Source: an uncultured virus (IMG/VR IMGVR_UViG_3300031758_000046) (taxonomy: Duplodnaviria > Heunggongvirae > Uroviricota > Caudoviricetes). Taken from it: 20,000 nucleotides of DNA. The first letter of the stretch is position 1; the number at the start of each line of letters is the position of its first letter. The translations under genes were made by a program, and so were the position numbers. This document shows, in pieces, positions 17,055 to 20,000 of the stretch. The stretch lies in the IMG/VR virus record IMGVR_UViG_3300031758_000046; one strand, 5' to 3'. The notes under the pieces are model-generated. The model was not told the DNA's origin. It ran no database searches and saw only the letters and a program-made list of their open reading frames with translations.

Positions 17055-17893
17055 GACAATGTACTTGTGGAAGATCTAATGCGTATCCATATTGTGATGG
17101 AACTCATAAAAAGAAAAAGGAGCCAATAATGAAAGACGGCATGATAGATGTTTTAGATAAAAGTAAATTTATTGTTTTGCAAGACGAAGAAGTTCCAGAA
17201 AATAAAGCTGGTGTACTTGGAGTCTATACCAATAAAATTGTAGAAATACCCAACTTTATTGACCCAGCAATAGTTCCCAAGATGATTCATTTTTTTGAAA
17301 ATTGTAATGTTGAGTGGGGAGATATTGCGTTTTACGGATCTTCTGGAAAAGGTATTTTAACTGACTCTGAAACAATGAAAAAATTTGGATTGCCAGATGA
17401 ATTTTTTGATAAGTTAAAAAATAAATATCAGGAAACAGTAGAACTGGTATTCGGCAGAGAAGTTAGAGCAAATACTTCTCATGCACAAAAATGGGATGTT
17501 GGAGGATTTGCAAGCCCGCATTCAGATAATTCAGATAATGAAGGAAAACCTAATGCTTTTGAAATAAATAAGTATGTTGGAATTTTATACTTAAACGATG
17601 ACTATGAGGGTGGGGAATTATATTTTTGCGATAAAGATAATGAGATGAATCCATATCTATCATTTAAACCAAATGTATATTCTTATTATGTATTTCCTGG
17701 AGGGTATGAAAATATTCACGGAGTATCAGAAATTACTAAAGGAACAAGATACACTATGGTATCATTTTGGGATTTTGCAGATTTAGTATATGACGATGCT
17801 ACTTTAGAAAAATGGAAAGAAGAAGAAAAGCAAGTTAGAATTGAACAGGCTGCACAAAAAGAAGAATGGCTAAAAGGAAATAAATATGCCTAA
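17051..17893 (+). CDS. CDGSH [2Fe-2S] motif fused to a 2OG-Fe(II) oxygenase (6)
   Basis: N-terminal CTCGRSNAYPYCDGTH matches C-x-C-x2-S-x3-P-x-C-D-G-(S/T)-H; HSD...'YLNDDYEGGE'...'IHGV'...'GTRYT'; ATGA overlap. Confidence 0.88.
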   Translation: MRQCTCGRSNAYPYCDGTHKKKKEPIMKDGMIDVLDKSKFIVLQDEEVPENKAGVLGVYTNKIVEIPNFIDPAIVPKMIHFFENCNVEWGDIAFYGSSGKGILTDSETMKKFGLPDEFFDKLKNKYQETVELVFGREVRANTSHAQKWDVGGFASPHSDNSDNEGKPNAFEINKYVGILYLNDDYEGGELYFCDKDNEMNPYLSFKPNVYSYYVFPGGYENIHGVSEITKGTRYTMVSFWDFADLVYDDATLEKWKEEEKQVRIEQAAQKEEWLKGNKYA

Positions 17894-18482
17894 TGTTCAA
17901 AGATTTGAAAAAATATCATATTATAAAAACGTTATAGACGATCCTAAATCACTAATCAATTTAATAGAGGAGTCAGATAAAAATTTAACGTCAGATACTA
18001 GTATCCCAAGTTGGCAAGAATGGAATGCTAGCGGAGATAGTCCTTATCAATTTGGTTATCAAAAAAGATTTAACAATAATGTTGAAGCTGATACTTCTCT
18101 AGAAATTAAAAAAATAAATATGACATTAAAAAATGCTATTGTAGATGCATCTAATGATTATTCAAAAGAATATGGTATAAATATAGGAACATTAATGCCT
18201 TTATCTATAAGTAAGTATTCCACTGGAAAATCTATGGGCCCTCATGTAGACGATTATAATAATGGAGATGACCCAAACATATCAGTAGTTTTATATTTAA
18301 ATGATAATTATGACGGTGGTGAGATTAATTTCCCAAATCAAAACATAACAATAAAACCAGAAGCAGGAAGCATTGTGATATTCCCATCTGTAGAGCCATA
18401 TTACCACGAATCCCTACCAGTTATTTCTGGTATTAAATATATGTCTCCTGGATTTTGGCGTAAAGTAGACAAGGTGGTATAA
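17886..18482 (+). CDS. 2OG-Fe(II) oxygenase, prolyl-4-hydroxylase-like (7)
   Basis: HVD...'YLNDNYDGGE'...'PYYHES'...'GIKYM'. Confidence 0.9.
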   Translation: MPNVQRFEKISYYKNVIDDPKSLINLIEESDKNLTSDTSIPSWQEWNASGDSPYQFGYQKRFNNNVEADTSLEIKKINMTLKNAIVDASNDYSKEYGINIGTLMPLSISKYSTGKSMGPHVDDYNNGDDPNISVVLYLNDNYDGGEINFPNQNITIKPEAGSIVIFPSVEPYYHESLPVISGIKYMSPGFWRKVDKVV

Positions 18483-18483
18483 T
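18455..18483 (+). promoter_or_regulatory. Promoter TTGGCG-N17-TATAAT with extended -10 TG, 6 nt before an ATG (leaderless-type)
   Basis: TTGGCG 18455-18460; TGgTATAAT 18475-18483; ATG 18490. Confidence 0.55.
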
Positions 18484-18489
18484 TTAAAA

Positions 18490-19593
18490 ATGGCCACTAT
18501 TCCAAATGATAAAAACTGGAGATTCCCAGACTACACAGATTCACCAGATATACCAAGAGATATTTCTTATTTAGCTGCAGATATTTCAGAGTATATAGAT
18601 TCTCACCCAGGTCCACAAGGTGAGCAGGGGGATACTGGACCAGCAGGACCAGCAAACGTTTTATCAGTCGGAACAGTAACAACTGGACCAGCAGAGTCTT
18701 CAGCCTCAGTTACAATTACTGGTACATCACCAGAGCAAACAATCAATTTTACAATTCCTCGTGGCGATACTGGAGCAACTGGTGCAACTGGCGCACAAGG
18801 TATTCAGGGAATACAGGGCATACAAGGAGAACAAGGAATTCAAGGTATACAAGGAGAAAAGGGCGACAAGGGCGATACTGGTGCAACTGGCGCAACAGGA
18901 CCTCAAGGTATACAAGGCGAAAAAGGTGATGATGGTGACCAGGGCATACAAGGAGAACAAGGAACTGGCGTTAATATATTAGGTTCTTATGCTAATCTTA
19001 CAGCACTACAGACAGCACATCCAACTGGAAGCTCTGGAGATGCATATTTAATAGATAATGATTTATATGTTTGGTCTCAATCAACATCTTCATGGATAAA
19101 CGTTGGAACAATAAGAGGCCCACAAGGTATTCAAGGAGAGCATGGCATACAGGGTCCAAAAGGCGATAAGGGAGATACTGGCGATACTGGAGCAACTGGT
19201 GCACAAGGACCGCAAGGCCCACAAGGCGAACCAGGATTAACAGGAGCAGACGGAGCAGACGGAGCAGACGGAGCAGACGGTCAAGACCTTACATCAGTAT
19301 TTACAATATCACAAAAATCTACATCTTACACATTAGTGGCATCAGATCTTGGAAAATTAATAGAAATGTCAAATGGCGGAGATCTAATTATACCAACAGA
19401 TTCAGAAATATTTGATATCGGATCTACTATAGATATAATTCAAACTGGATCATCGCAAGTAACAATAGGCGGAGATACTGGTGTAACAGTAAACTCAACC
19501 CCAGGATTAAAATTAAGAGCACAGTGGTCATCTGCAACATTAATTAAAAGAGGAAATAATCTTTGGGTTGCTGTAGGCGATTTGAGCGTCTAA
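18490..19593 (+). CDS. Collagen-like tail fibre with the same C-terminal domain as the 8032 fibre
   Basis: N-terminal 'FPDYTDSPDIPRDI..LA..I' attachment-type motif; three Gly-X-Y blocks; C-terminal 'GDTGVTVNSTPGLKLRAQWSSATLIKR...W...GDL'. Confidence 0.85.
   Translation: MATIPNDKNWRFPDYTDSPDIPRDISYLAADISEYIDSHPGPQGEQGDTGPAGPANVLSVGTVTTGPAESSASVTITGTSPEQTINFTIPRGDTGATGATGAQGIQGIQGIQGEQGIQGIQGEKGDKGDTGATGATGPQGIQGEKGDDGDQGIQGEQGTGVNILGSYANLTALQTAHPTGSSGDAYLIDNDLYVWSQSTSSWINVGTIRGPQGIQGEHGIQGPKGDKGDTGDTGATGAQGPQGPQGEPGLTGADGADGADGADGQDLTSVFTISQKSTSYTLVASDLGKLIEMSNGGDLIIPTDSEIFDIGSTIDIIQTGSSQVTIGGDTGVTVNSTPGLKLRAQWSSATLIKRGNNLWVAVGDLSV
18610..19287 (+). repeat. Gly-X-Y collagen repeats in three blocks (5, 22 and 19 triplets), including perfect (GGAGCAGAC)x4
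   Basis: Blocks start at 18610, 18763 and 19117; perfect 9-nt repeat at 19243-19278. Confidence 0.92.
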
Positions 19594-19594
19594 A

Positions 19595-20000
19595 ATGCCA
19601 AAAAGAAATCGTGGTAGATCTGGTACAAGAAAAACAAATGTTCCAAATTATTTAGGACAAACTTCTACCGACACGCAAACATCTTTAACAAATCTTGGAT
19701 TTGTTTATATATATAATACAACCGATACTACAACAGAGTCTGATAATTTAAAAATATATTCACAAAGTATTTCTTCTGGTCAATTATATACTTTGGGATC
19801 ACAAGTTTCAGTTGAATATTATGTGTATGTTGCGCCGTTCTTCCCACCGTTCTTTCCATTTTTCCCACCCTATTTCCCACCGTTCTTTCCATTTTTCCCA
19901 CCCTATTTCCCACCGTTCTTTCCATTTTTCCCACCCTATTTCCCACCGTTCTTTCCATTTTTCCCACCCTATTTCCCACCGTTCTTTCCATTTTTCCCAC
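19595..20000 (+). CDS. Basic N-peptide + PASTA-like domain + (PFFP)n tract; runs off the window end (absent from the ORF track)
   Basis: ATG 19595, 1 nt after the upstream stop; MPKRNRGRSGTRKTNVPNYLGQTSTDTQTSLTNLGF...IYSQSISSG...GSQVSVEYYVYVAPFFPPFFPFFPPYF...; no stop before 20000. Confidence 0.85.
   Translation, partial: MPKRNRGRSGTRKTNVPNYLGQTSTDTQTSLTNLGFVYIYNTTDTTTESDNLKIYSQSISSGQLYTLGSQVSVEYYVYVAPFFPPFFPFFPPYFPPFFPFFPPYFPPFFPFFPPYFPPFFPFFPPYFPPFFPFFP
19835..20000 (+). repeat. Perfect 33-nt tandem repeat encoding PPFFPFFPPYF
   Basis: Unit CCACCGTTCTTTCCATTTTTCCCACCCTATTTC at 19844, 19877, 19910 and 19943, plus a 25-nt partial copy at 19976 truncated by the window. Confidence 0.97.

Noticed and set aside
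11953..18482. Oxygenases as TET/JBP or AlkB DNA-modifying enzymes
   Set aside because: Motifs (YLNDDYEGGE, FPS..H..K/R-Y) are of the P4H/2OG-FeII_Oxy_3 type and the context is structural, with no methyltransferase or base-modification genes adjacent; not formally excluded.
19728..20000. Minus-strand ORF with MERTVGNRVGK repeats
   Set aside because: Antisense shadow of the 33-nt array; the plus-strand frame from 19595 has a coupled start, a recognisable domain and a paralog.
19844..20000. 33-nt repeats as a CRISPR array
   Set aside because: Repeats are head-to-tail with no spacers, in frame within a CDS, and no cas genes are present.

Overview
AT-rich, all plus-strand, gene-dense segment of a large tailed bacteriophage genome. 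A Gram-positive, possibly actinobacterial, host is inferred from a PASTA domain, the holin style and leaderless-type promoters. Left part: GT4 glycosyltransferase, B12-dependent class II ribonucleotide reductase and a holin-like protein. Middle: eight virion/tail-fibre genes ending in an Mtd_N-type long fibre. The most striking element is a repeated two-gene module: a fibre gene with a shared C-terminal domain, followed by a protein with a short basic N-terminus, an adhesion domain (2x FN3 or PASTA) and a long Pro/Phe/Tyr (PFFP)n tract. In the first copy the tract ends directly at a C-terminal Hint (intein-like) autoprocessing domain. Between the two modules, behind a terminator and a perfect TTGACA-N17-TATAAT promoter, lie seven prolyl-4-hydroxylase-like 2OG-Fe(II) oxygenases (one fused to a CDGSH 2Fe-2S motif) and two DUF6065-like paralogs. 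This is a candidate phage-encoded system for autoprocessing and oxidative tailoring of Pro/Phe-repeat virion appendages. All family calls come from motif recognition by eye, not database searches.
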